NCBI RefSeq assembly: GCF_003790525.1
Contig: NZ_CP033635.1
Direction: 5' to 3' (one strand)
DNA: 64,000 bases
From: Escherichia coli
GTDB lineage: Bacteria > Pseudomonadota > Gammaproteobacteria > Enterobacterales > Enterobacteriaceae
In this document: in pieces, positions 21,912-33,778 of the stretch
How positions within the stretch are numbered: the first letter of the stretch is position 1
How the letters are laid out: every line of letters starts with the position of its first letter
Notes under the pieces: generated by a model
Seen by the model: the letters and a program-made list of their open reading frames with translations, nothing else
The model's database searches: none
Told to the model about the DNA's origin: nothing
Translations under genes and position numbers: made by a program

Positions 21912-22786
21912 CAGCTCGCTACATCGCAATTGACTGGGGATCGACCAATCTGCGCGCCTGGCTTTATCAGGGCGACCACTGCCTGGAGAGCAGGCAATCA
22001 GAAGCAGGCGTCACGCGCCTGAACGAAAAATCTCCGGCTGCGGTGTTAGCAGAAGTGACGGCCGACTGGCGTGAAGAAAATACGCCAGTGGTGATGGCAG
22101 GAATGGTCGGCAGCAATGTCGGCTGGAAAGTTGCGCCGTATTTATCTGTTCCTGTCCGTTTTTCGTCTATTGGCGAACAATTAACGTCGGTTGGCGACAA
22201 TATCTGGATTATTCCCGGATTATGCGTTTCTCATGACGATAACCACAATGTGATGCGCGGCGAAGAAACACAATTGATCGGCGCGCGTGCTCTGGCTCCT
22301 TCCTCTCTTTATGTTATGCCCGGAACCCATTGCAAATGGGTGCAGGCCGATAGCCAGCAAATCAACGATTTTCGCACCGTAATGACCGGTGAATTACATC
22401 ATTTACTGTTAAATCACTCATTGATTGGCGCAGGTTTGCCGCCGCAGGAAAACTCTGCCGATGCCTTCGCGGCTGGCCTTGAGCGTGGCCTTAATGCGCC
22501 CGCCATATTGCCGCAGCTTTTTGAAGTTCGCGCCTCGCATGTGCTGGGAACGCTTCCCCGCGAACAGGTCAGCGAATTTCTCTCTGGTTTGTTGATTGGC
22601 GCAGAGGTTGCCAGTATGCGCGACTATGTGACCCATCAACACGCCATCACCCTTGTCGCCGGAACATCGCTGACCGCGCGCTACCAGCAAGCCTTTCAGG
22701 CGATGGGTTGCGACGTGGCGGTGGTGGCGGGCGACAAGGCATTTCAGGCTGGTATAAGGAGCATCGCTCATGCAGTGGCAAACTAA
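21908..22786 (+). CDS. dgoK: 2-dehydro-3-deoxygalactonokinase
   Basis: 292 aa; start overlaps dgoR stop; position and size as in the E. coli dgo operon. Confidence 0.88.
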   Translation: MTARYIAIDWGSTNLRAWLYQGDHCLESRQSEAGVTRLNEKSPAAVLAEVTADWREENTPVVMAGMVGSNVGWKVAPYLSVPVRFSSIGEQLTSVGDNIWIIPGLCVSHDDNHNVMRGEETQLIGARALAPSSLYVMPGTHCKWVQADSQQINDFRTVMTGELHHLLLNHSLIGAGLPPQENSADAFAAGLERGLNAPAILPQLFEVRASHVLGTLPREQVSEFLSGLLIGAEVASMRDYVTHQHAITLVAGTSLTARYQQAFQAMGCDVAVVAGDKAFQAGIRSIAHAVAN

Positions 22787-23387
22787 ACTCCCGCTGATCG
22801 CCATTTTGCGCGGCATTACGCCCGACGAGGCGCTGGTGCATGTTGGCGCGGTGATTGACGCCGGGTTCGACGCAGTTGAAATCCCGCTGAATTCCCCACA
22901 ATGGGAGCAGAGCATTCCCGCCATCGTTGATGCGTATGGCGACAAGGCGTTGATTGGCGCAGGTACGGTACTGAAACCTGAACAGGTCGATGTGCTCGCC
23001 AGGATGGGCTGCCAGCTCATCGTTACGCCCAATATCCATAGTGAAGTGATCCGCCGTGCGGTGGGCTACGGCATGACCGTTTGCCCCGGCTGCGCGACGG
23101 CGACCGAAGCCTTTACCGCGCTCGACGCGGGCGCTCAGGCGCTGAAAATATTTCCGTCATCGGCTTTTGGTCCGCAATACATCAAAGCGTTAAAAGCGGT
23201 ATTACCACCGGACATCGCAGTCTTTGCCGTTGGCGGCGTGACGCCAGAAAACCTGGCGCAGTGGATAGACGCAGGTTGTGCAGGGGCAGGCTTAGGCAGC
23301 GATCTCTATCGCGCCGGGCAGTCCGTAGAACGCACCGCGCAGCAGGCAGCAGCATTTGTTAAGGCGTATCGAGAGGCAGTGCAATGA
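22770..23387 (+). CDS. dgoA: 2-dehydro-3-deoxy-6-phosphogalactonate aldolase
   Basis: 205 aa KDPG-aldolase-family protein in dgo operon context. Confidence 0.88.
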   Translation: MQWQTKLPLIAILRGITPDEALVHVGAVIDAGFDAVEIPLNSPQWEQSIPAIVDAYGDKALIGAGTVLKPEQVDVLARMGCQLIVTPNIHSEVIRRAVGYGMTVCPGCATATEAFTALDAGAQALKIFPSSAFGPQYIKALKAVLPPDIAVFAVGGVTPENLAQWIDAGCAGAGLGSDLYRAGQSVERTAQQAAAFVKAYREAVQ

Positions 23388-24532
23388 AAATCACCAAAAT
23401 TACCACGTATCGTTTACCTCCCCGCTGGATGTTCCTGAAAATTGAAACCGATGAAGGCGTGGTCGGCTGGGGCGAGCCCGTGATCGAAGGCCGCGCCCGT
23501 ACGGTGGAAGCGGCAGTTCACGAGCTGGGTGACTATTTGATTGGTCAGGATCCATCGCGCATCAATGACTTATGGCAAGTGATGTATCGCGCCGGATTTT
23601 ATCGTGGAGGTCCAATCCTGATGAGCGCCATTGCCGGGATCGACCAGGCGTTATGGGATATCAAAGGCAAAGTGCTGAATTCGCCGGTCTGGCAACTGAT
23701 GGGCGGCCTGGTGCGTGACAAAATTAAAGCCTACAGTTGGGTCGGCGGCGATCGTCCGGCGAATGTTATCGACGGAATAAAAATCCTGCGCGAAATCGGT
23801 TTTGATACCTTCAAACTGAATGGTTGTGAAGAACTGGGGCTAATTGATAACTCCCGCGCGGTAGATGCGGCGGTCAACACCGTGGCACAAATTCGTGAAG
23901 CTTTTGGCAATCAGATTGAGTTTGGTCTTGATTTCCACGGTCGCGTCAGCGCGCCGATGGCGAAAGTACTGATTAAAGAACTGGAACCGTATCGCCCGCT
24001 GTTTATTGAAGAGCCGGTGCTGGCAGAACAGGCCGAATACTACCCGAAACTGGCGGCACAAACGCATATTCCACTGGCGGCGGGTGAGCGCATGTTCTCA
24101 CGTTTCGATTTTAAACGTGTGCTGGAGGCGGGTGGTATTTCGATTCTGCAACCGGATCTCTCCCACGCAGGCGGTATTACCGAATGCTACAAAATTGCCG
24201 GAATGGCAGAAGCCTATGACGTGACCCTTGCGCCGCACTGTCCGCTCGGACCGATTGCACTGGCAGCTTGCCTGCATATCGACTTTGTTTCCTATAACGC
24301 CGTACTTCAGGAACAAAGTATGGGCATTCATTACAACAAAGGCGCGGAGTTACTCGACTTTGTGAAAAACAAAGAGGACTTCAGCATGGTCGGCGGCTTC
24401 TTTAAACCGCTAACGAAACCGGGCTTAGGCGTGGAAATCGACGAAGCTAAAGTTATTGAGTTCAGTAAAAATGCCCCGGACTGGCGTAATCCGCTCTGGC
24501 GTCATGAAGATAACAGCGTAGCAGAGTGGTAA
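23384..24532 (+). CDS. dgoD: D-galactonate dehydratase (enolase superfamily)
   Basis: 382 aa; enolase-superfamily blocks; start overlaps dgoA stop. Confidence 0.9.
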   Translation: MKITKITTYRLPPRWMFLKIETDEGVVGWGEPVIEGRARTVEAAVHELGDYLIGQDPSRINDLWQVMYRAGFYRGGPILMSAIAGIDQALWDIKGKVLNSPVWQLMGGLVRDKIKAYSWVGGDRPANVIDGIKILREIGFDTFKLNGCEELGLIDNSRAVDAAVNTVAQIREAFGNQIEFGLDFHGRVSAPMAKVLIKELEPYRPLFIEEPVLAEQAEYYPKLAAQTHIPLAAGERMFSRFDFKRVLEAGGISILQPDLSHAGGITECYKIAGMAEAYDVTLAPHCPLGPIALAACLHIDFVSYNAVLQEQSMGIHYNKGAELLDFVKNKEDFSMVGGFFKPLTKPGLGVEIDEAKVIEFSKNAPDWRNPLWRHEDNSVAEW

Positions 24533-24651
24533 TTCCTGCCACGTAAGCCCCTCATCGGGCACTAAAACAGCAATACAAAAATATAACCCTCTGTAAATTA
24601 CAGGGCATGGTGAGCGGCTTCGCTATGCCCAAAATCAGGAGAAAGCTCGCT

Positions 24652-25944
24652 ATGGATATTCCCGTTAATGCAGCAAAGCCGGGGCGTCGGCGTTATCTGA
24701 CGCTGGTGATGATCTTTATTACGGTGGTCATTTGTTATGTTGACCGCGCTAACCTGGCCGTGGCTGCCGCCCATATTCAGGAAGAGTTCGGCATTACCAA
24801 AGCGGAAATGGGCTATGTATTTTCGGCCTTCGCCTGGCTTTATACGCTATGTCAGATCCCCGGCGGTTGGTTTTTAGATCGCGTAGGTTCACGCGTGACT
24901 TATTTTATTGCGATATTTGGCTGGTCAGTGGCGACGTTATTCCAGGGCTTTGCCACGGGATTAATGTCATTAATTGGTCTGCGCGCGATAACCGGTATTT
25001 TCGAAGCGCCCGCTTTCCCGACCAATAACCGGATGGTGACCAGCTGGTTCCCGGAACATGAACGCGCTTCTGCCGTTGGTTTTTATACGTCTGGTCAGTT
25101 TGTCGGTCTGGCGTTTCTGACTCCGCTGCTGATCTGGATTCAGGAGATGTTGAGCTGGCACTGGGTGTTCATTGTCACCGGTGGTATCGGCATTATCTGG
25201 TCGCTGATTTGGTTTAAGGTTTATCAGCCGCCGCGCCTGACCAAAGGCATCAGCAAAGCTGAACTGGATTACATTCGTGATGGCGGCGGTCTGGTGGATG
25301 GTGATGCGCCGGTGAAAAAAGAGGCACGTCAGCCGTTAACAGCCAAAGACTGGAAACTGGTGTTCCATCGTAAACTGATCGGCGTCTATCTTGGACAATT
25401 TGCGGTGACTTCTACACTGTGGTTTTTTTTGACCTGGTTCCCGAACTATTTAACCCAGGAAAAAGGAATCACGGCGCTGAAAGCAGGCTTTATGACCTCG
25501 GTACCATTCCTCGCGGCGTTTGTCGGCGTCCTGCTCTCTGGCTGGGTCGCGGATCTGCTGGTACGTAAGGGCTTTTCACTGGGCTTTGCGCGTAAAACGC
25601 CGATTATCTGCGGCTTGCTGATCTCCACCTGCATTATGGGCGCTAACTACACTAACGATCCGATGATGATTATGTGCCTGATGGCGCTGGCATTCTTCGG
25701 CAACGGTTTTGCTTCGATTACCTGGTCGCTGGTCTCTTCTCTGGCACCGATGCGCCTGATTGGTTTAACCGGTGGCGTATTTAACTTTGTTGGCGGTCTG
25801 GGCGGCATCACCGTTCCGCTGGTGGTGGGGTACCTGGCGCAGGGTTACGGTTTCGCACCTGCACTGGTTTATATCTCCGCCGTCGCGTTGATTGGCGCGC
25901 TCTCTTACATTCTGATGGTGGGCGATGTGAAGCGCGTTGGATAA
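24652..25944 (+). CDS. dgoT: D-galactonate:H+ symporter (MFS, anion:cation symporter family)
   Basis: start at [16 protein letters not shown] with AGGAG RBS; 430 aa MFS transporter. Confidence 0.88.
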   Translation: MDIPVNAAKPGRRRYLTLVMIFITVVICYVDRANLAVAAAHIQEEFGITKAEMGYVFSAFAWLYTLCQIPGGWFLDRVGSRVTYFIAIFGWSVATLFQGFATGLMSLIGLRAITGIFEAPAFPTNNRMVTSWFPEHERASAVGFYTSGQFVGLAFLTPLLIWIQEMLSWHWVFIVTGGIGIIWSLIWFKVYQPPRLTKGISKAELDYIRDGGGLVDGDAPVKKEARQPLTAKDWKLVFHRKLIGVYLGQFAVTSTLWFFLTWFPNYLTQEKGITALKAGFMTSVPFLAAFVGVLLSGWVADLLVRKGFSLGFARKTPIICGLLISTCIMGANYTNDPMMIMCLMALAFFGNGFASITWSLVSSLAPMRLIGLTGGVFNFVGGLGGITVPLVVGYLAQGYGFAPALVYISAVALIGALSYILMVGDVKRVG

Positions 25945-26030
25945 TCTCTTATCTGAGGAAGCCCTTTTTTCTCATACCTGTGCTGAACAGATAGAAATAT
26001 TCAGTAACCATCTCACCTGGTGGGAAGAAA

Positions 26031-26770
26031 TAAATATCCTCCGGCATAGCCGGAGGTTTTTCAAATGCGCCTATAAGGCTCTCTTACCAGCCGCGCCCTA
26101 ACAGGCGCACACGATCTGACATTTGCATCCAACTTCGTTACTCACGGTCCATAAACGCGCTGCCCAGGTAGGGAATCGATAACTGCTCTCCCATTTTATC
26201 CTCTTCAAGCTGGTGCTTTATGTAATCCTGTATCTTCGCCGTGTTCTTACCCACCGTATCGACTTAGTACCCACTGCACCAGAACTCCCTGTTCCTGTAT
26301 TTGAATTTCAAATCACCAAACTGCTCGTAAAGCATCAGACTGCTTTTCCCTTTCAGATATCCCATAAAGCCGGATGCGCTCATTTTGGGCGGGATCTCCA
26401 CAAGCATATGGATATGATCTGCACAGCACTCAGCTTCAAGAATCCGTACGCTTTTCCACTCACACAGCTTTCTCAAAATACTGCCTGTTGCTCTACGCTT
26501 CTCTCTGTAGAACACTTGTCTTCGGTATTTTGGCGCAAAAACTATGTGATATTTACAGTTCCATCGGGGTGCGCTAGCTCTTTTCGTTCCCCATTGGGTC
26601 CCCCTTTTGATTTTTTGTTTGACACTTGCTGTTGCCATACCGCAAGGTGTTTTAACAAATCAAAAGAGGTTTTAATAACTGGCTCAAAACTGAAAGCTTT
26701 CCGGAACCCCCAGCCTGGCTGGGGAGCTGTGCACAAAAAAGCACCTCCACAAACAGGAGGTGCAATTCGA
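26031..26770 (-). mobile_element. IS200 (IS200/IS605 family) element with characteristic left-end hairpins; boundaries approximate
   Basis: TnpA Y1-transposase ORF; left-end terminator hairpin GCACCTCC..GGAGGTGC plus T-run (26735-26763) and second hairpin CCCCAGCC..GGCTGGGG (26707-26725); no terminal inverted repeats, as expected for IS200. Confidence 0.8.
26138..26638 (-). pseudogene. tnpA: IS200 transposase TnpA (HUH/Y1) with in-frame nonsense codon (TAA at 26264-26266)
   Basis: WNCKYHIVFAPKYRR..ILEAECCADHIHMLVEIPPK matches IS200 TnpA; ORF stops at GY* and the same frame continues VDTVGKNTAKIQDYIKHQLEEDK to the natural stop at 26138. Confidence 0.8.
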
Positions 26771-27296
26771 TGAGTTTGTTTACATGATGTAGGTTTTATA
26801 CATGACCTGTAGGATACACTTACTATGAAATGTTGCCTCTCGACAATGATTTTCACAAAAAAATGTGATTCTGATCAATTTGTTTATACGCTGTCATTTG
26901 AATAAATGACTACACAATATAGAGTACGTTTCCGGTGTTTTCGACATAATGACCAATATTTGCTTCCACTGCTTTTCCTGGAACGTGCTGTAGTCATTAA
27001 ATACCGTTACGCGAGGATTGTCCAGCATTTTAATGACACTTAACTTATCTGGGACAACAAATAATTTATTATTACAATTATTGATTTTAGTATATTTTCT
27101 GTTATTAATTAAACAATGTTATTATTTACTATGTGAAAAGAGAAAAAAATACCTCTCAAAGTGATCTCAATGGCCAGAATTATCCTGAAGGAGATGAACT
27201 GATTAAAGCAAAAGACATCCAGTTTAACGAATTCCCCCCCTTCCCCCCAGAAAAACGTGGATTTGTCGTGCTCAACAAAAACTGTCCACGATGTTT

Positions 27297-28196
27297 CTAG
27301 CTATTCTCTTTAATGTTATTTCGTAAAATCGTCCAAAAGTGTTCAGCCGTTTTGTTCAGCCGAGTATCCATACGATAAATATAAGCCTGAATAGGCACTG
27401 CCCATTTAGCAGGCCACGGACACACAAGTCGTTTTGTGTTCAGTTCATCCGCGATTGACCAGAGAGGGAGCCAGGCAATACCAAGTCCATTGAGTGCCAT
27501 ATTTTTTAGTAGTTCACTCATTGAAGATACCAATATTGTGTGTCCGGCTATCCCTCCCTGTTCTGCCAAATGACGATTAACCAGTCTGCCCATATAAGAA
27601 GTTGGAGTATAGTCGAGCAAAGGAGCCTGTGAATTGGTAAGATCGAAAATCGGTTTTCCCTGTTGATCAGCAGCACATACCGGATACAACTCAGATTCAA
27701 ACAGTTTCATACAACAAAATGGCGATTGCATAAACTCCTCATCTCGAAATGAAATAATAAAGTCACTCTTCCCTTCTCGTAACGTATTTACGGCCTGGAC
27801 GACATCAATAGCCTCAACATGATAGATAAAGTCTCCGCCTAAGGTGGTGAGTGAGTGCAGAAGTTTAGGTAGCATGCTGAGGGATAATGAGTGCGCAGCT
27901 GCAATCTTAATATTAGGCAAATTGAATGAATTATCCCCCCCTAACTCATTCAGATTGCATTCAAGCTGTTGCACTAAACTGCGTGTCTGGGAGTGAAAAA
28001 GCCTACCCTCTTCAGTTAATTGTAAAGGAGAGGTTGTACGATCGAACAAAACAACACCTATAGCTGACTCTAACGCTTTTATTCGTCTGCTGAATGCTGG
28101 TTGTGAAAGGTTACGATCTTTTGCTGCCTGACAGAAATTGCGACAGGCTTCCAGTGTCAGGAAATCATATAACCATTTGGTCTCTATATTTTTCAT
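27297..28196 (-). CDS. LysR-family transcriptional regulator
   Basis: 299 aa; N-terminal LysR HTH (FLTLEACRNFCQAAKDRNLSQPAFSRRIKALE) and substrate-binding domain; divergent from racemase gene. Confidence 0.85.
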   Translation of the reverse strand: MKNIETKWLYDFLTLEACRNFCQAAKDRNLSQPAFSRRIKALESAIGVVLFDRTTSPLQLTEEGRLFHSQTRSLVQQLECNLNELGGDNSFNLPNIKIAAAHSLSLSMLPKLLHSLTTLGGDFIYHVEAIDVVQAVNTLREGKSDFIISFRDEEFMQSPFCCMKLFESELYPVCAADQQGKPIFDLTNSQAPLLDYTPTSYMGRLVNRHLAEQGGIAGHTILVSSMSELLKNMALNGLGIAWLPLWSIADELNTKRLVCPWPAKWAVPIQAYIYRMDTRLNKTAEHFWTILRNNIKENS

Positions 28197-28535
28197 TTCT
28201 ATTATCCAAGTATTATCAAATTTTAGTTAGTATACCCCCCGAAAACCGGGGTAATGAATGCAGATAGCATATTTAAGTTATTCGTTTTATGCATAATCCA
28301 TTCGTTTTCTGTATCTAAACCAGTTTAACACTTCTCCCAAAAGCGTTTATTTTCATCATTATGATAGGTCTTCATGCAACAATAGTATATGGTTCATGTA
28401 TATTGCAAAACTACATCATGCAAGTCTTGCATTGCATTGTACATCATTGCATTTCTCATAGCCTTTAGAGACTGTTAAAAAAGGAGAAATGGTTTTTTAA
28501 GTTTATGAGCATTGATTTTCTGAGAGGTAAGTATT

Positions 28536-29255
28536 GTGAAAGGTTTAATCGGTGTGCTCGGTGGAATGGGGCCGGCCGCCACTGTCGACTTATTTAATAA
28601 ATTTGTCACCTTTACAGCAGCACAACGAGATCAAGAACATATACCTTTAATTATTTCTTCTATCCCGGATATTCCTGACCGTACCGATGCATTAATGCAT
28701 AACGGGCTCTCGCCTTTACCCGTTATGCGTGACTATATGCATAAACTGGAAGATGCAGGAGCAGAATGTATTGTTATTCCCTGTAATACCGCACACTATT
28801 GGTTTAAAGAACTAAAAGATGCTTGCCATATTGATATACTAAGTATCATAGATACTACGGTCGATGAAGTTCGCGTCTGTGGTAAAACTAGAATTGGCCT
28901 CCTGGCCACTGATGCCACGCTGTATATGGGATTATACCAGAAAGGAATTGAATCGTTAGGGTTTAACTATATCACCCCGGATGCAGATGGCCAAAAAAAT
29001 GTGATGAAAAGCATTTATTCACTTAAAGCGGGAAATGTTACACATGCGCAAAAATTGATGGAAGAGCAGGCTGAAAATTTATTTTCCCGCGGAGCAGAGA
29101 TCTTGATTCTTGGTTGTACGGAAATTCCCATTATTCTGTCACAAGCCGTTAAAGATCAACCTTTACGCTATATTGATTCAACCGCTTCACTCGTTCGCGC
29201 AGGAATAAAATGGTATGAAAATCGTATCGGAAAAGATCAACATTTAACTCAATAA
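28536..29255 (+). CDS. Asp/Glu racemase superfamily protein (aspartate racemase YgeA-like)
   Basis: 239 aa; GGMGP and CNTAH..GCTE motifs resembling the Asp/Glu/hydantoin racemase family (paired catalytic Cys region). Confidence 0.75.
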   Translation: MKGLIGVLGGMGPAATVDLFNKFVTFTAAQRDQEHIPLIISSIPDIPDRTDALMHNGLSPLPVMRDYMHKLEDAGAECIVIPCNTAHYWFKELKDACHIDILSIIDTTVDEVRVCGKTRIGLLATDATLYMGLYQKGIESLGFNYITPDADGQKNVMKSIYSLKAGNVTHAQKLMEEQAENLFSRGAEILILGCTEIPIILSQAVKDQPLRYIDSTASLVRAGIKWYENRIGKDQHLTQ

Positions 29256-29313
29256 TTCTAAATCACAGCCAGAAAGTTATTTTACAAAGATTATATTTAC
29301 AACGGAGAACATC

Positions 29314-30612
29314 ATGGTTTGGCTGGAAATTATCGTTGTACTTGGCGCAATATTTTTTGGTATTCGTCAGGGAGGAATCGGCATTGGTTTATGCGGCGGT
29401 CTTGGCCTTGCGATCCTGACTCTGGGATTTGGTCTGCCTATGGGATCACCGCCAGTCGATGTGATCCTGATTATTATGACCGTAGTTGTGGCAGCTTCAG
29501 CCTTACAGGCGGCAGGTGGGATGGATTATCTGGTACGTTTAGCCAGTAATTTCATGCGACGTAACCCAAAATATATCAACATAATCGCACCGATTATCAC
29601 TTGGTTAATGACCATTATGGCCGGTACCGGGTTTATTGTTTTCTCCACACTGCCGGTAATTGCTGAAGTAGCAAAAGAGTCCGGTATCCGGCCTTCCCGC
29701 ACACTCGCTGGCTCAGTTGTCGCCTCACAGGTTGCAATTTCTGGCTCACCAATCAGTGCCGCAATGGCAGCTATGCTCACTATTATGGAGGTTAATGGCG
29801 TCAGTTTTATTCAGGTGATGTCGGTATGCCTTCCCACCTCTTTTGTCGCCGCGATGGTTGCTGCTTTTATCGCCTCCCGACAGGGGTGTGAATTACAAGA
29901 TGACGAAGTATATCTTGAACGTCTGCAAAAAGGTCTGGTGCAAAAATACGAGAATAATAACAGCATCAAACCTGGTGCAACGCTTTCCGTCGGATTATTC
30001 ATGCTGGCGACGATCGCCATTGTTATTCTTGCTGCATTCCCCCAATTGCGTCCGGGTTTTGATATCAGCAAACCGATGGAAACGCGCGATATTATTATTA
30101 TTTGCATGCTCTCTGCTGCCTGCCTGATGGTAATACTGTGTAAGATGTCTACTGATGACATTATTCTGACCTCCACATTTCGTGCTGGAATGAGTTCGCT
30201 GGCAGTGATTCTTGGTATTGTAACCTTAGGTACCACCTTTATTGATGCGCATTTAACTGAGATCAAAGATATCGCTGGTGATATTTTACAAACTTATCCG
30301 ATGCTTTTAGCATTAGTTCTTTTTTTTACCTGCGCTTTACTTTACTCACAGGGAGCGACTACGCCGTTAATTATTCCTCTGGCTGTAGCACTCAACATAC
30401 CAACCTGGGCAATTCTTGCATCTTATGTTGCCGTTACGGGAGTATTCGTGCTTCCAACGTATCCAACATCACTCGCCGCGATGGAATTTGATACTACCGG
30501 CACAACCCGTGTGGGCAATTATTTATTAAATCACCCATTTATGCTACCCGGGTTGGGTGGTGTTATTGCAGGAGTGACATTTGGGTTTGTGATTGCACCA
30601 ATGATGGTCTGA
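29314..30612 (+). CDS. Dcu-family anaerobic C4-dicarboxylate transporter (second, divergent paralog)
   Basis: 432 aa; same family blocks as 258-1592 (NPKYI, LPTYPTSLAA, EFDTTGTTRVGN) but a clearly different sequence. Confidence 0.85.
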   Translation: MVWLEIIVVLGAIFFGIRQGGIGIGLCGGLGLAILTLGFGLPMGSPPVDVILIIMTVVVAASALQAAGGMDYLVRLASNFMRRNPKYINIIAPIITWLMTIMAGTGFIVFSTLPVIAEVAKESGIRPSRTLAGSVVASQVAISGSPISAAMAAMLTIMEVNGVSFIQVMSVCLPTSFVAAMVAAFIASRQGCELQDDEVYLERLQKGLVQKYENNNSIKPGATLSVGLFMLATIAIVILAAFPQLRPGFDISKPMETRDIIIICMLSAACLMVILCKMSTDDIILTSTFRAGMSSLAVILGIVTLGTTFIDAHLTEIKDIAGDILQTYPMLLALVLFFTCALLYSQGATTPLIIPLAVALNIPTWAILASYVAVTGVFVLPTYPTSLAAMEFDTTGTTRVGNYLLNHPFMLPGLGGVIAGVTFGFVIAPMMV

Positions 30613-30834
30613 TAGAATCATAATTTTCATTCTTTATGGAAGTAGTTACAGAGTTACTATTTGATAATTAGTCAGGCAGTTAATCTGCATTCAGTTACTG
30701 ACTGTCAGAAGAATTCTGACAGATTGATATCACATGTTATTTCAATGATGTAAGAATTCAAATTCCGAGAGCATAGCTCCGGTTAAACAATTTGTTATTG
30801 TCACATTGTTTTCAAATAATGGAGTTAGAATATT

Positions 30835-32235
30835 ATGTCTCGTATTGAAAGCGATTTCCTTGGTGAGCGTGAAATTCCGGATGATTGCTATTATGGTGTT
30901 CAGACACTTCGTGGAAAAGATAATTTCCATATCACTGAAATGCCAATGAGTCAGGAGCCTTTCTTCATCATTGCCTTCGGTTATGTGAAAAAAGCAGCTG
31001 CGATGGCTAATAAGGAGTTAGGTACAATTCCTGCTGATGTTGCGGATGCTTTAATCTGGGCTTGCGACCAATTAATTGATGGTAAGTACCGGGAACAGTT
31101 TGTGACCGACTGGCTTCAGGGGGGAGCCGGAACGTCAACCAATATGAACTGCAATGAAGTGATTTGTAATCTTGCTGCAGAAAAACTTGGTAGCGTTAAA
31201 GGGGATTACAAACGCGTTTCGCCAAACGACCATGCTAATTTTGGTCAGTCCACCAATGATACATATCCGACAGCATTACATCTGGCATTGCTGCTGCGAA
31301 GCAATGTATTGCTTGAAGCTGTTGAACACCTCGTAGGAGCATTCTACAAAAAGGCTGACGAGTTCAGCACAGTGCTCAAGATGGGACGTACTCACCTGCA
31401 GGATGCAGTGCCAATGACTCTCGGCCAGGAGTTCCATGGCTGGGGTTTTACAATTAATGATGAAATTCGGGTCATCCGTAATGCACAGGAACACCTGCGG
31501 GTTGTAAACCTTGGTGCTACTGCGATTGGTACCTGTGTTACCGCTCACCCGGATTATCCCGCTTTAGCCGTGAAATATCTGGCCCAGATCACAGGCATTA
31601 ATTTCAGGAACAGTGAAGATCTCATCGCTGCCACAAGCGACTGTGGTGCATATGTTGCACTCAGTTCGGCCATGAAGAGCCTCTCTGTGAAGCTTACCAA
31701 GGTTTGTAATGACATTCGACTGCTTGCTTCAGGCCCCCGTTGCGGCCTGGCTGAAATTAACCTGCCTCAATTGCAACCGGGTTCTTCCATTATGCCTGGT
31801 AAGGTTAACCCCGTTATCCCGGAAGTAACAAACCAGTCTTGCTTCCTGGTTCAGGGGCTGGACACCACAGTGATGCTGGCGGCATCTGCTGGTCAGCTTG
31901 AGCTTAACGTTATGGAGCCGGTCATCACCTTTGCGCTGTTCACCTCACTCAAGGTGATGACGAATGCCTGTAACACACTCCGAACTAAATGCATTGATGG
32001 CATTACAGCTAATTCCGATCGAACTGCAGAGATGGTAATGCATTCCTGCGGTATTGTGACTCTCCTGAAGCCACATCTGGGATATAAGGTGTGTTCTGAA
32101 ATGGCGCACGAAGCATACCATACAGGCAAATCCCTCCATCAGATAGTGGTTGTCGAACGTAAGCTACTCACACAGGAAGAATGGGAGAAGACATTCAATC
32201 TGGATAATCTGATTGCTCCGAAGTTCGAACAATAA
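30835..32235 (+). CDS. aspartate ammonia-lyase / class II fumarase family protein (copy B)
   Basis: 466 aa, differs from copy A at about 2 residues (V14I, E28K); about 50 bp of upstream sequence is also shared. Confidence 0.88.
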   Translation: MSRIESDFLGEREIPDDCYYGVQTLRGKDNFHITEMPMSQEPFFIIAFGYVKKAAAMANKELGTIPADVADALIWACDQLIDGKYREQFVTDWLQGGAGTSTNMNCNEVICNLAAEKLGSVKGDYKRVSPNDHANFGQSTNDTYPTALHLALLLRSNVLLEAVEHLVGAFYKKADEFSTVLKMGRTHLQDAVPMTLGQEFHGWGFTINDEIRVIRNAQEHLRVVNLGATAIGTCVTAHPDYPALAVKYLAQITGINFRNSEDLIAATSDCGAYVALSSAMKSLSVKLTKVCNDIRLLASGPRCGLAEINLPQLQPGSSIMPGKVNPVIPEVTNQSCFLVQGLDTTVMLAASAGQLELNVMEPVITFALFTSLKVMTNACNTLRTKCIDGITANSDRTAEMVMHSCGIVTLLKPHLGYKVCSEMAHEAYHTGKSLHQIVVVERKLLTQEEWEKTFNLDNLIAPKFEQ

Positions 32236-32239
32236 AATG

Positions 32240-33175
<936 letters not shown>

Positions 33176-33179
33176 TGTT

Positions 33180-33670
33180 CTAAGGTGAGCATATTACCTA
33201 TGCTCAGGTGGCCAAATTCAGTATGCCAGAACCAGAACATCTTGTGGTCAGGCAGAGGAAGAGCAAACTGTTACTGGACTCACTGCATGCGTGGATGGTG
33301 GAGAAAAATGCCACGCTGTCCAAAAATCCAGACTGGGAGAATGGTTCAGCTGTGTACTGAATCAGTGGGGCGCACTCTGTTATTACAGTGTTGACGGTCA
33401 GGCGGAGGCAGACATAATGCCGCGGAAAAAGCCCTTTGTGCCATCTGTCTCGGAAATAAAAACTTTATGTTCTTCGACGGCGAGCGCAGTGCACTGTTGT
33501 ATGGGCTTATCGGCACTTGCCTTCTGAACGACATTGATCCGGAAGAGTATCTGCGCCATATCCTGAGCGTACTGCCGGAATAACCTTCCAACCGTATTGA
33601 TGAACTCCTGCCATGGAACGTAGTTCTCACCAATAAATAAGCATCAATATGATTCTCCATTAACGCTTAC
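33180..33670 (+). mobile_element. IS66-family transposase C-terminal fragment with IS66 right end
   Basis: translation NQWGALCYYSVDGQAEADN..LCLGRKNFMFFDGERSALLYGLIGTCLLNDIDPEEYLRHILSVLPEWPSNRIDELLPWN typical of IS66 TnpC C-terminus; a related end copy is at 59829-60010. Confidence 0.7.
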
Positions 33671-33778
33671 CTTTTCTCAGGCTATTTTTGATTTTTTTTG
33701 CTTTTCCCCGCCACTTTATGGTGATTATCACATCAATATACATCGACAGATATTAACGTAACTGAAGTGAGGTGAAGC

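Noticed and set aside
22418-23039. Minus-strand ORFs (130-204 aa) within dgoK/dgoA
   Set aside because: Antisense to conserved dgo genes; no recognisable features.
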